Of a stretch of 64,000 nucleotides of DNA, positions 1 through 21,917 are shown piece after piece. The notes beneath the pieces were generated by a model that saw only the letters and a program-made list of their open reading frames with translations, was not told the DNA's origin and searched no databases. Position 1 is the stretch's first letter, and the number at the start of each line of letters is the position of its first letter. The stretch comes from the human T2T-CHM13v2.0 reference genome, Homo sapiens. The stretch lies in assembly GCF_009914755.1 (NCBI RefSeq), contig NC_060934.1; one strand, given 5' to 3'. The translations under genes and the position numbers were made by a program.

Positions 1-243
1 TGCCTACATCACCTTTCCAGAAATTCTTTTAGGATCTACAGGGAAGGGAGGCTCTTTTCCTCATAAGTAAACATACTTTTAAAAAGAGATTTGAATATGT
101 ATTTTGAAAACAAGATGAATCACAGCAAACAATATAAAATATAAATCTGAAAATAGATCAGGATATACAGCTTACACGGGGAGGATCATATCATTTTGAT
201 GAGAAGAACTAAAGGGAATACAGCATTGAAAATGTCTTTGTCT

Positions 244-655
<412 letters not shown>

Positions 656-1869
656 TCAGTTTTCCATTAATAGCCAATTGATTTTCCTCTATGACACTGG
701 GAGAAAATATGAGGAAGGGTTCACCATTGATCCTTCTGATCTCTGCACTCCTATTCAAAGTCAAAATTCTAATCTGGCAACATGCTGCACAAACACCAGC
801 ACTAACACCAGCATCTGGGGCTTCACTATGTGGTTCTGATGGTATAATTCTCACCATGCGTAGGTTTGATGATATCTAAGCCATATCAACTTCCCTCCCA
901 GAAAGGAGTACTCCCATTTAGTTTTGAGTTGAATGTTAATCAATTCCCTTTATACAAGTTCAGCATAGTTGAACAAAACAGAACCATGTTCCAAAACCAA
1001 GGTTGATGCAATATATCATGCTCACCAATTTATCCCTATTAGTACATTCCTGACACATGGCCAGTGCTCAATAACTACTTACTGCATAGATGAATACATG
1101 AAAAAGACATGGCCACTGAGCAGCTCAGACAGCCTTGGCTTTGAATATTTTGCTGGTCACATTAAGTTATTTGCAGTTTACTGACAAGGAACACATGGGG
1201 AAGCCAGATGTTTGTAATTTTGAAATAGTTTATGGTTTCATTAGACTTTGAGTCTTGCTTGTCAAATAGCATTTATTAATATCCACTTTCTCCCAGGCAG
1301 AGCTCTAGGCATAAGGCAGAAAGTTAAAAATTCCAGAATAAATCTCTTTCTACATTTTTCTTCCTCCACTTCAAATACCTGATTCTAAGCCAGGTGTCTG
1401 TGAGATCCAGCCCCCAAACACTGCAATGACTGACTCCAATGAGGCTCCTTAAAAGCTGCCTTTCCTTTCTCCTCCCTCCAATCTCAGAAATAACCACTGC
1501 CTTCCAATTCCTATAACATTGTTCTTAGCACTCATATAGTAACTATTATTGCAAGTTGCACACATGGAGATAGAATTACTAAAAACACATGGCTTTCTGT
1601 CTTTCTGTGCTGCGTCATGAGTTTGTTGGAGGGAGACACCCATTTATAAATAACACACATTTGTCAAATCAATGAATAAACAACAGAGATGCATCTTTCC
1701 TTCTCTTTAACTGAGAATTTAAAGGTAAAAAATGTATACTGGATAAAGTTCCTTTCTTCAGTACTGGACAAATAAGGGAAAAGACAGGGAAAATCTACTA
1801 TTTAGCTAGAAAAGCGGCAAAGGGGAAAAGTCTTATCTCTGGGCTCAGTCATCTGGGAGAATGCACATA

Positions 1870-2572
1870 GTAAGTGAAATTCTTTGATAAGCTTCTCATC
1901 GAGACAGGTCAACTATATGTTTTCCCCTTGACTTCTGGCCTATCTTGTGACTCAGCTGTAGCCAATGGAAAGCAATGGAAGTGATGTGGCATAACTTCTG
2001 AGGCTGTCAGCAAAGGCCATGCTGCTTCTATCTGATTCTCTTAGGGTGCTCAATCTAGGAGAGCCTGCCTCTGCCACCATCTAAGAACTTGGACTATCCT
2101 AGGACCATGGGATTGCTGTGCTGGAGGTGCCATGTGTTTGTGGGCCTCTGGTCAACAGTCCCAGCTGAACCAGTCAACAGCCAGTGTTGGGCACAATGGC
2201 TCGTGCTGTGATACCAACACTCTGAGAGGCTGTCATGATGGGTATCACTGGAGATCAGGAGTTTAAGACTGACCTGGTCAACATGGCAGAACCCCATCTC
2301 TACAAAAAATTAAAGTTAAAAAGCAAAAAAAAAAAAAAAAAAAAAAAAACCCAGCCAGTGTCAACTATCAGCCATGTGCATGAGCCACCTTGGACATCCA
2401 GCTCAGTCAAACCTTCAGGTGACTGCAACCCCAGCCAATATCTGACTGCAACCACATGAGAGACAGTGAGAACTGTCAAACTGTTTCTAAACCTGACTCT
2501 CAAAATACAATAATTGTCTTAAGCTGCTAAATAATGGGGACATTCACTACACATTAATAATAACTGGACCAA
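1870..2572 (+). mobile_element. MLT1G/H-like MaLR LTR, interrupted by an Alu monomer
   Basis: MLT1 motifs (ccaatggaa..gaagtgatg, cagccatgtg..gagcca..ttgga, actgcaaccacatgagagac, ttaagctgctaa); boundaries approximate. Confidence 0.7.
2188..2350 (+). mobile_element. FLAM-type free Alu monomer
   Basis: Single left-arm monomer plus A-tail; TSD cagccagtgt on both sides. Confidence 0.8.
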
Positions 2573-2660
2573 TTGCCTCTGGGTATTACCACTGTAGAAA
2601 AACCCTGAATTTTTCTTCTCTACTCTTGAATGGGGCTGTTGAGCCCTTTGTCAATTTTCA

Positions 2661-3039
<379 letters not shown>

Positions 3040-4139
3040 CTTTCAGAGCCTGCACATGTAGCATCCATCAGAATGTAAATTAAAATCATAAAAGCTTTCT
3101 GGAATGAAAGCAGCCTCTGCTTAATTAAGGCAAGCAGTGTAACACCTGTTAAGATGAGCGTCATGAGGATAATTATTAGAGGCTTCTACAAAGTGATGTT
3201 TCTTAGTTACTGAACAAAGACTTGGTTACTAGAAAGGCTCAGAAACTATTCTCCTCTGAGAGGAAATGAGGGAGTAAACATTCACAGAAACAACTTGTGA
3301 TTGAAGCTAGCTCTGCCCCCACGTAGGGGAGCAAGGCTGACTTCATGTTGTACATCCCCGTGACTAATCTCTGACAATCAGTCTAAACTACAAATGTTCT
3401 CCAGCCAAGGCAACAGTAGGAAACTTTTCCATATGGCCAAATCTTTCCACAGTCAGTATGGTTTGCAGGATTTGTAAATTAGACCTTTCACTTGCACAAA
3501 AGGAAATAATTGTACATGTGACCATTTGTTCTTCCTTGCTTTGTACTCCTTTCCATTGGAAATGTGCCCCATCCACGTGTGGCTGTCCTTCAGCGTAATG
3601 AAGAGCCTTCTAGAGGCTGTCTCCTTCCTTGCAGACCCTGCTCTTTTCTGTTCAGCCCTCAGCACTCCCCACATGTGGGAAGGAGTGGGCTGGCCTTCGG
3701 GGTAGTTCAAAGAGCTGAGCTGCATCACATCTCATCTTTCCTCACAGCCTGGCAGGCCAGGACCAGGGCAGCTCATGTCTAAGCACACACAGGCAAGGAT
3801 CTGATTATTAGGAGTGACTTCTTCTAAGTATACCTCTAGCTCTACTTGGGACTGAGAACTGAGAACTGTACACCAATTCTTGGAAGCCCCCTGCTTGAGC
3901 GATCTTGTTGGAAAGATCCCTTAGAAATCCAGAAACGCAGTGTATTGCAAACTATGCTTAGAAAAGCCATAGGAACACAACTCAGGGTTGCCACAGAGAA
4001 GGAAGGGTGGGGAAATGAGATGAGTGGAACTCTGAGACCCCACCCACACAACAACCCAAAGCATCTTATCTGTTTCCTGTTTCTCATGATGGATTTGAAA
4101 TCTTTTATTTGTAGAAATTGTTTGGAAACTGCTGCAAAT

Positions 4140-4324
4140 TTTGAAATCAGAAGGCTGTGCACTTAAATTCCAGCTCCGCCCCTTATTGATATTCACTGAA
4201 TGTCCCTGGCCCCAAATCTTCTGCAAAATGGGGATAGCAATGTAAAACTCACAGGCATAGTGAAGATTAAATGAGATGATGTGATCAGAGAGCCTGGCAC
4301 ATAGTAGTTGCTCAATAAATGATA
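4140..4324 (+). mobile_element. MIR
   Basis: MIR core aaaatgggata..gtgaagattaaatgagat and 3' end cctggcacatagtagttgctcaataaat. Confidence 0.75.
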
Positions 4325-5385
4325 AAAGTTGGGGATTTAAAGGTTCAGTAATATGGCTCTCTTTTTCTCTGCCCAAGTTCAGAATTGGTTAAGAAAGAGA
4401 CTCAGAAATAACACAGATGAAGCCCTAAAGGAGCAATCTAGTTGGAGAATGAGGTTTAGCTATATGGCAACAGAGGGCTTTCTAATATTGCACCCCAGAA
4501 TTAAACTCACCAGCTCAATCACAAGCAGAACTGGAAATCTGTAGGCCTGCAGAAGAGATGGGGACTCCCTTGTAAAATTTACAACATGGAAAATGTCCCT
4601 GCAGAAAGGCAGATCCCAAATAAATAAGGATGAAGAGAATGAGTTACACCTACTCAGTTACTCAAACTCACTAACAGATAAGTCACTCAGGCAACTTATG
4701 AGCCATCATGTACAATTGCACATGTTCACCGTACAATTATAGATAGTGTCATTTATTATGTGCTTTGACTTGCCTTCTAACAATAAATCTAGAAGTTTCC
4801 ACAGGTCACAGCCAGCAATTCCATTGCTTTCTCAAAATTTTGTTATCTAGCAAGGGAAAAGTAAAGCATCTATTGGAAAAGGATTCCAGGAGGAATATTC
4901 ACCACAACGAGTCTTGGCCATCCCTTTACAAATAATTTTCAAAAAGATAGATACATGTGAAATGACAAATGGGTTAATTAATCTCATTATACTGAAAATG
5001 GACAACATGATCCATTGCCTGAGAAACATGAATATATAAAAGCTACAGGTTATCACTGGTTTCTTCAACTGGGATGGCTGCTCCACGGCTTGACAACATG
5101 CTGTGTCATGTGACATAAGCCCTGTCACATATCTGTGTAATCTTTAGTATAATTTTCCCAGGGTGCTTATTCGTTATTGTTAGTGATATCAGTTGGTGCA
5201 TTTAACTTCTGTAGTCATACAGAAGTTGCTCTCTGCCCCCTGACTCAGAGTATTTCTATCCACCCCCAGGGTATATCTTGCTTGGAATCTATGCAGACAA
5301 AAGAGGCATTTTCAATAACTCCACAGCTTCTTTCAACATAAACTATCTTGGGAGAGTACCAACAACTCAACCTAATGTCACAGTG

Positions 5386-5387
<2 letters not shown>

Positions 5388-5430
<43 letters not shown>
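5388..5430. repeat. (TA)n microsatellite
   Basis: About 21 TA units. Confidence 0.95.
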
Positions 5431-5434
<4 letters not shown>

Positions 5435-5860
5435 CTACTGAGATGAAAATGTCAACTCTGTGTGAAGATAGGCATTTACCTGTATCTCTGAAAACACTCA
5501 GTTTAACTAGCATTGACACTAACTGCAAGTTGCCAGAAATACTTGGAAAAGGGACAAAGAGTGTTTAGTTAATTTTGCTCTGGTTCTGTTTCACCCCCTT
5601 TTCCTAGCTTTCTGTTGGAGAGGTTTTGCCATATTTGGTTACAAGAAATGGAGAAGGGAATGGTATTATTCGTGGGATACCAGTGATAGGAAACAACAGT
5701 AAGTTAGCTGGAAAAACATCAAGGCCTCAATAGAAATATGAGTATTTCTGGGAGCAAAGGTTTGAAAGATTTGATGGTGGTTCTCTGTAACTATGGAATT
5801 TCTCTGAATTTCTGTCTCTAAAAACTCCATGGATTTGAATAAAAAGCCCAATACAGTGGA

Positions 5861-6080
5861 AATAACAATAGCTAACATTTGTTGAGCTTTTACTGAGTGA
5901 AGTGTGCTAAGCACTCTAATTTTGTTCTTTCACTTAATCCTTATTACACCACTGTGAAATCAGTACTATTATAATCTTCATTTTGTAGAGGAGGAAACAA
6001 AAGAGATTAAGCAATCTGCCACAAGGACACACAGCTGGTAAGTACCAGCGATATGCTTGGATTCAGGAATCTTGACTCCC
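5861..6080 (-). mobile_element. MIR (MIRb-like)
   Basis: aatagctaacatttgttgagc..cttcattttgtagaggaggaaac..aaggacacacagctggtaagt. Confidence 0.75.
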
Positions 6081-6294
6081 GAGGTTGTGAGAATATGAAG
6101 AAAGTATTGTTGCTCTTGAAAGGATTCAAACAAATATAGCTTGTGTTTATGTTCTCTATAGAAAAGCCATTCTGGGTTCAACTGGTATTGAGGGGTTTAA
6201 CCAAAAACAGAACTCTTCAGAAAACTATCTTCTTATTACTATAAACAAAGGCCTCCCCAGTTTATAAAATAAAACAGATTAGAAATGTATATCC

Positions 6295-6431
6295 TCGGGA
6301 GGCTGAGGCACATTCATCACTTGAATCTGGAAGGCGGAGGTTGGAGTGAGCTGAGCTGAGATTGCACCACTGCACTCCAGCTTGGGCAACAGTGCGAGAC
6401 TCAGTCTCAAAAACAAACAAACAAACAAAAA
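6295..6431 (+). mobile_element. 5'-truncated Alu (right arm only)
   Basis: Right monomer with (AAAC)n tail; 17-bp TSD attagaaatgtatatcc (6278-6294) / attggaaatgtgtatcc (6432-6448). Confidence 0.9.
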
Positions 6432-7309
6432 ATTGGAAATGTGTATCCAGGTAAGGAGCTCTGTGAAAGAAAATTGCTTCTGCCTGGGGGCATGCAATGG
6501 ATTATGAACAACAGCAAAAGAGCCTCTGCTTTGCTGTAATGAAAATGGCTCATTCCTGGGCATCTTTCACAATTCAAAGTTGGGAAGATATTTTACACAA
6601 TCAAGACTGGGGTAAACCCCTGGTCTCCATTAAAAATTAAAATGCCCATGGGTCATGGTGATAATCCAATTCTTAATAGTCTTCATACTGCTATAAATGA
6701 AGAATTTAATAATAGATAAATAAAATAGGGCTTTCAGTAAATTTTTATGAAAAATAAACCAAAAATGAGGAATGCTCTTGAGAAGCTCAAGACAAAAATT
6801 TCTTAACACATTTTAATTAGGGCTGTTTATCTTCCAAAGAAACTGGGATGCTGTGATGAGAAAGCCTATTGGAATCATTGCAAATTGCACTGCATTGATT
6901 TTCTGGCTCAGTTTGAAAGGCAGTAATACCTTTTTAAAAATCAAACAAGATTTGGGATCATCATTATCCAGAGGTTCAACTGATTGGCAGCTTTTGGTAC
7001 CCTGGATACAGGCTTTCTAAATAAGCCTCAAGGGTTTGGAAATTGCCCATTACTTCATCAGAAACAATCTTCCATATGAGGTTAGGGGATGATGGGAAAT
7101 TGGCATTGTAAACAATATAAGAAGTATTTTGTGGTCAACTCAAACCTATGGTATTGCCTCATGTGCTGGAACAGAATGAAATTCTGTTCATTAAGACAAA
7201 AAACAATCCTAGGGCTAAAAGGAACTTAGAAAGAATTCTCTCTTTGACTCAACTAAAATCAAGACTGGACAACCCAAGGGCTACCTATGGAGCTAATTCT
7301 ATATATTAT

Positions 7310-7600
7310 GCATCAATACCAGTCATACGATTATCACTCAAAACTCATTGAACTGTGCAGCACAATGCTAAGGAGTGGGGGTATAAAGAGGAACATACTT
7401 GGTTCCTACATCAAGGAGCTCACAGTACAATTGAGGACACAGGGCACATCCATATCAAGATAGATCATGATTCAAACTAGCATTTGACAGCTGATACGTA
7501 ATGGTACACAAAAAATACTTTAGTGCTTTAGATGAGAGAAATCCTGGGACTAGAGAAGCAACTAGGTCTCTAAGCACATGTAAGGATTCTGGGAAAGAGG
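7310..7600 (-). mobile_element. L2 3' fragment
   Basis: ggttcctacatcaaggagctcacagt, typical of L2 antisense; degraded. Confidence 0.55.
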
Positions 7601-8004
7601 AGAGAAAAAAATCTTTCACAGTCTAGATGCTCCATCTTGAATTTGGTTAAAAGTGCATTCATAATTCAAGATTCATTCATGAGAATTTATTGGGCTTTAT
7701 ACTAATGATTTCTGCATATATGTTATACTTCAATAAAACTTCAATTAAAAAAATTTTAAGAAATATACATTTGTAAAATAGTTTAAACAGATAGATACAG
7801 ATCAAGATAGAGATCATATGTATTACACGTAATATATGTGTATATAATATATGATATGTGTATATATTACATAAATGAGATCAAAACTAGTTATTTTTAG
7901 TGGACATTATACTTTTCCTGACACTGAATGAACGTGGGGCTTTGGCTGGGGCTCATAACCAACCCACATTCATGGGATCTTCTTCAAAAGTGAAATACAG
8001 AGTC

Positions 8005-8650
<646 letters not shown>

Positions 8651-9070
8651 AAAGGGCAAAAAAATATGTAGAATCCAAGGGCAGACCTGAAAACAGCAGA
8701 AGTTTGAGAAACAAAGGCAAAGAGGAGGCAGACCTCTGGAATCTTGGAGAATGTGGTTTTCCTAGCAAGGGGCTTTCCCAGGAAAGATGCCCAGGCTGGA
8801 GTTCTGTTTGGGGTGTGAATGGATGCTGGGAGCATGAAGGCTGAAGAATCAGAGCTTCACAACACAGCTGGCTTGCATTGTTCCTCTCCTCGCCCACAGT
8901 GGGGAAACTCATCTGCCCTCAGGCCGATGTACAATCAGTAGCTTCTTTACCTCCATCATGGCTTCCACTGACAGCTGAGAAGTGCTCTGCAAGCCTTCCC
9001 AGAGGCCCACACATACAAGGGGAAGGCCTTCCTGTTTCTTGCAGTGCCAGAACTTGTATTGTTTGTGGGT

Positions 9071-9278
9071 AGGGTCGCAAGATTTCGCAAAGACAAACAA
9101 ACAGCAACAACAACAACATAAACCTAGAATGCCCCAATTAATTTGAATTACAGATAAATAACAAACAAAATTTTAGTATAAGCATATTCCATCAAATATT
9201 GGGGACATACATATACTAGAATATTATTTGCTTTTATCTGAAATTCCATTTTAACTGGTATTTTGCCTGAAACTCCTG
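9071..9278. mobile_element. MER53-like palindromic hAT MITE
   Basis: Imperfect palindrome: atttgaattacagataaataac..ttttagtataagcatattcc / gggacatacatatactagaa..ttatctgaaattccatttt. Confidence 0.8.
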
Positions 9279-9622
9279 CATGTGGTATACTTGGGTCTAC
9301 ACATACCTCTCCAGGGATTAGAGTTTGCTTCCTACCCCCAAGTTATACAGAAAAAGCAATTGTGTTCTCAAAGTTCCAAAACTTAACCAAATTTTGGAAC
9401 TTGCTTTATGTTTTTTCTCATTTTTTTTTTATTATTATACTTTAAGTTTTAGGGTACATGTGCACATTGTGCAGGTTAGTTACGTATGTATACATGTGCC
9501 ATGCTGGTGCACTGCACCCACTAACTCGTCATCTAGCATTAGGTATATCTCCCAATGCTATCCCTCCCCTCCCCCACCCCACAACAGTCCCCAACAGTCC
9601 TGTGTCCATGTGTTCTCATTGT

Positions 9623-15268
<5,646 letters not shown>

Positions 15269-15316
15269 TTATTTTGCTCATTAGTTGATGCAGTTTCTTC
15301 CTAGTCTCGATGGTCT

Positions 15317-16329
15317 TTACATTTTGGCATGATTTTGCAGCGGCTGGTACCGGTTGTGCCTTTCCATGTTTAGTGCTTCCTTCAGGAGCTCTTTTAGAGC
15401 AGGCCTGGTGGTGACAAAATCTCTCAGCATTTGCTTGTCTGTAAAGGATTTTATTTCTCCTTCACTTATGAAGCTTAGTTTGGCTGGATATGAGATTCTG
15501 CACTGAAAATTCTTTCTTTAAGAATGTTGAATATTGGCCCCCACTCTCTTCTGGCTTGTAGAGTTTCTGCTGAGAGATCCGCTGTTAGTCTGATGGGCTT
15601 CCCTTTGTGGGTAACCCGACCTTTCTCTCTGGCTTCCCTTAACATTTTTTCCTTCATTTCAACTTTGGTGAATCTGACAATTATGTGTCTTGGAGTTGCT
15701 CTTCTCGAGGAGTATCTTTGTGGCGTTCTCTGTATTTCCTGAATCTGAATGTTGGCCTGCCTTGCTAGATTGGGGAAGTTCTCCTGGATAATATCCTGCA
15801 GAGTGTTTTCCAACTTGGTTCCATTCTCCCTGTCACTTTCAGGTACACCAATCAGACATAGATTTGGTCTTTTCACATAGTCCCATATTTCTTGGAGGCT
15901 TTGTTCGTTTCTTTTTATTCTTTTTTCTCTAAACTTCCCTTCTTGCTTCATTTCATTCATTTCATCTTCCATCACTGATACCCTTTCTTCCAGTTGATCC
16001 CATCGGCTCCTGAGGCTTCTGCATTCTTCACGTAGTTCTCAAGCCTTGGCTTTCAGCTCCATCAGCTCCTTTAAGCACTTCTCTGTATTGGTTATTCTAG
16101 TTATACATTTGTCTAAATTTTGTTCAAAGTTTTTAACTTCTTTGCCTTTGGTTTGAATTTCCTCCTGTAGCTCATAATTTGATAGTCTGAAGCCTGCTTC
16201 TCTCAGCTCGTCAAAGTCATTCTCCGTCCAGCTTTGTTCCATTGCTGTTGAGGAACTGCATTCCTTTGGAGGAGGACAGGTGCTCTACTTTTTAGAGTTT
16301 CCAGTTTTTCTGCTCTGTTTTTTCCCCAT
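15317..16329 (-). pseudogene. L1 ORF1, broken by frameshifts
   Basis: ATG at 16329; ORF1 peptides in separate frames (16039-16242, 15475-15975). Confidence 0.9.
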
Positions 16330-17364
16330 CTTTGTGGTTTTATCTACTTTTGGTCTTTGATGATGGTGATGTACAGATGGGTTTTTGGTGTGGATGTCCT
16401 TTCTGTTTGTTAGTTTCCTTCTAACACACAGGACCCTCAGCTGCAGGTCTGTTGGAGTTTGCTAGAGGTCCACTCCAGACTCTGTTTGCCTGAGTATCCA
16501 CAGCGGTGTTTGCAGAACAGTGGTTTTTCATGAACCGCGAATGCTGCTGTCTGATCGTTCCTCTGGAAGTTTTGTCTCAGAGGAGTACCCAGCCGTGTGA
16601 AGTGTCAGTCTGCCCCTACTGGGGGGTGCCTCCCAGTTAGGCTGCTCAGGGTTCAGGGGTCAGTGACACACTTGAGGAGGCAGTCTGCCTGTTCTCAGAT
16701 CTCCAGCTGTGTGCTGGGAGAACCACTGCTCTCTTCAAAGCTGTCAGACAGGGACATTTAAGTCTGCAGAGGTTACTGCTGTCTTTTTGTTTGTCTGTGC
16801 CCTGCCCCCAGAGGTGGAGCCTACAGAGGCAGGCAGGCCTCCTTGAGCTGTGGTGGGCTCCATCCAGTTCGAGCTTCCTGGCTGCTTTGTTTACCTAAGC
16901 AAGCCTGGGCAATGGCGGGCGCCCCTCCCCCAACCTTGCTGCCACCTTGCAGTTTGATCTCAGACTGCTGTGCTAGCAATCAGCGAGACTCCATGGGCAT
17001 AGGACCCTCCGAGCCATGTGCGGGATATAATCTCCTGGTGCGCCGTTTTTTAAGCCCATTGGAAAAGCGCAGTATTCGGGTGGGAGTGACCCGATTTTCC
17101 AGGTGCCGTCTGTCACCCTTTTCTTTGACTAGGAAAGGGAACTCCCTGACCCCTTGCACTTCCCGAGTGAGGCAATGCCTCACCCTGCTTCGGCTCACGC
17201 ACAGTGCGCTGCACCCACTGACCTGCGCCCACTGTCTGGAACTCCCTAGTGAGATGAACCCAGTACCTCAGATAGAAATGCAGAAATCACCCGCCTTCTG
17301 TGTCGCTCACGCTGGTAGCTGTAGACCGGAGCTGTTCCTATTCGGCCATCTTGGATCCTCCCCC
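16330..17364 (-). promoter_or_regulatory. L1 5'UTR: internal sense promoter (YY1 site) and antisense promoter
   Basis: CAAGATGGC YY1 motif at ~17345-17353; full UTR including the ~129-bp segment at 16457-16584. Confidence 0.8.
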
Positions 17365-17406
17365 GTTTTTTCTCATTTATTTTATGTATTATTTGTTTTA
17401 TTTTAA
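16912..17406 (+). CDS. L1 ORF0, extended form (164 aa); expression unknown
   Basis: MAGAPPP..DCCASNQRDS..RIRVGVTRFSRC-type ORF0 sequence; Kozak gcaATGg; open to a stop beyond the element end. Confidence 0.65.
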   Translation: MAGAPPPTLLPPCSLISDCCASNQRDSMGIGPSEPCAGYNLLVRRFLSPLEKRSIRVGVTRFSRCRLSPFSLTRKGNSLTPCTSRVRQCLTLLRLTHSALHPLTCAHCLELPSEMNPVPQIEMQKSPAFCVAHAGSCRPELFLFGHLGSSPVFSHLFYVLFVLF

Positions 17407-17450
17407 AATCTATACATGATCATAGATTTAAAACAATTAAACACTACAAA

Positions 17451-19404
<1,954 letters not shown>

Positions 19405-20024
19405 TATGCTGGCAAGGCTGTGGGGAAATAGGATGGCTGTTACACTCTTGGTGGGAATGTAAATTAGTTCAACCATTGTGGAAGACAGTATGGCAATTCC
19501 TCAAGGATCCAGAACCAGAAATCCCGTTACTGGGTATATACCCAAAGGAATATACATCATTCTGCTATAAAGACACATGCACACGTATGTTTACTGCAGC
19601 ACTATTTACAATAGCAAAGACATGGAACCAACCCAAATGCCCATCAATGATAGACTGGATAAAGAAAATGTGGTACATATACACCATGGAATACTATGCA
19701 GCCATAAAAAGGAATGAGATCATGTTCTTTATAGGGACATGGATGAAGCTGGAAGCCATCATCCTCAGCAAAACAACACAGGAACAGAAAACCAAACACC
19801 ACATGTTCTCACTCATAAGTGGAAGTTGAACAATGAGAACACATGGAGACAGACAGGATAACAACATACAAACATACACCACGGCCTGCTGGTGGGATGA
19901 CGGGAGGGAACTTAGAGGAACGGTCAACAGGTGCGCCAAACCGCCATGGCACATGTATACCTATATTACAAACTTGCACGTTCTGCACATGTATCCCTTT
20001 TATCAGAAGAAAAAATAAATAAAA
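19405..20024 (+). mobile_element. L1PA8A-like 3' fragment
   Basis: ORF2 C-terminus (CWQGCGEIG..SLISGS) and 3'UTR gggagggaacttagagga..tatcccttttatcagaagaaaaaataaat. Confidence 0.85.
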
Positions 20025-20577
20025 GTTCGACATAGAGTTATTATATGACCCAGCAATTCCATTTCTTTATATACCCAAGAGAATTAAAAATGCATGTCCA
20101 CACAAAAACTTGTAAATGCATGTCCACAGCAGCATTTTTATAATAGACAAAGAGTAGAGACAACCTAAATATCCATCTACTGATAAATGAATAAATAAAA
20201 TGTGCTATACACATACATTGAGCCATAAAAAGAATAAAGTACTAACAATACTACATGAGTGAATCTTGAAAACATTATACTAAGTGAAAGAAGCCAGATA
20301 TTATATGATTCAATTTATATGAAATGTCCAGAATAGGCAATCCTTAGATATTAAAAAGTAGATCAGTGGTTGCCAGGATTGCGGAAATGAAGGAACAGGG
20401 AGTGATGGATAATAGGTATGAGGGTTTCTTTTTGATGATGAAAATGTTCTGGAATTAGTGGAGTGGTAACAGTTTCACAACCATTCTAAACCTGCTAAGA
20501 CCAATCGCACTGTGCTCCATAAGGGCATGAGTTTTATGCTATATTAATTATATCTCAAAAAAAGAAAAAGAAGGGAA
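20025..20577 (+). mobile_element. L1MB-type 3' end
   Basis: tatgacccagcaattcc, aaatgtccagaataggcaa, gatgaaaatgttctggaattag, ttatatctcaaaaa. Confidence 0.8.
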
Positions 20578-20589
20578 AAACACTAGAGA

Positions 20590-21030
20590 AATGTTTGAAG
20601 TGTAGAAACTCAATATGCCCTGATCACTACTCCTTCGAACACCTAGTGGTAACCATAAGTTTTAGAAAATATTTTTACAGAAATGTTCTAATTACATATG
20701 AATAGATACTTTTGAAATATGCCCAAACAGGAACACAGTCTACACAGTGTCCTGTCACATGCTTTTTTACTTTATCTTATTTTGTTCCCATTTGATATGC
20801 AGATAATTGGTCCTCATTTTAAAAAAAAATGCTACAAGGCATTCTATTCTTCATATGAGTCATAATTTATTTCATGATTCCCTGTTGAAGGAAATTTGGG
20901 TTTCTTTGATTTTTTCCACTAAAAATACGCTACAGCAGATACCTTTCTAGATATATCTTTGTGCACTAATGAGGATAGATGGCTAAATTCCTAGCAGTGG
21001 CAATGCTGGGCTACCCACAAACATTTAGAA
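20590..21030 (-). mobile_element. Old L1ME-type 3' fragment
   Basis: cataatttattt..ttccctgttgaaggaaatttggg..aaattcctagcagtggcaatgctggg. Confidence 0.55.
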
Positions 21031-21039
21031 GTTGACAAG

Positions 21040-21180
21040 AGGCAGAGTGTGATGGAAAGAGAAGAACTTGGTTGTCAACTAGACCTTGATTCCTGGTTCT
21101 GCCATTTATTAAATGTCTGATCTTGGCCAAATCATTTAACATTTCTGAGCTTCATTTTCATTATGTGTAAAATCAAACTA
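21040..21180 (+). mobile_element. MIR
   Basis: tcctggttctgccatttatt..cttggccaaatcatttaac..tctgagcttcattttc. Confidence 0.7.
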
Positions 21181-21917
21181 TGTTGAGGAAAGAGTTCCCC
21201 ACTTTTGAAGTTTCCTTTCTAGTAGGAGAGGTTCAAATAGGGATGTGCTTATAGCCTTTCTCCATCCTATAATTTGTCTATCACAGGGGAGGTGAAATGA
21301 CTTATCTGATTGGTACATTTGGTAAAAATAAATGTTCTTGGCTCAGATTATCCATTTGGGAGTGAACTATTTTTCCGTGTTTTCAGTCTTCCCTTGACAG
21401 CTTCCACAATGAGAAGTCCACATTGGTACAGCATTCAAGTGACTAGATAAGTTCAGTGCAGGAGCATTTGGCTCTTGTGCTAATCTAAGTCATCTAACTT
21501 AATCTTTTTCAGTAATAAAAGTGATATTTTGCTTCTCTCTTCTCCACTGTCTTATTTCTCAGGTTATTTAGAACTTAGGTAAAGAAGCAGGGTTCTATTT
21601 ATTTGATCCTCTCAAGATCTTAACCAACTATTATTGTCTTCCTTGAAGTACAGTTTTGAAGATTGAAAAAGATATGTTTGAGAAGTATTTGGCATACTAG
21701 GTGCCTTAAAAATGATGCCTATTACTATTATTTCAGAAAAAAAACACAATAGTTTACATTACCCTCTCACTCTGTATTATGTATATCGCCACTAGCCAAA
21801 AATTTTTAGCTCTACTTTTTGTGTTTTGCATTATAAATAATGCACATTTATTGAATATATCATTTCAAATTACGCAGGCCCATTTTATATTCTTGCCAAG
21901 ACACTTGTTGAACCTCT

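Noticed and set aside
3842-4376. Overlapping 106-151 aa ORFs
   Set aside because: Partly MIR-derived and not recognisable as any protein.
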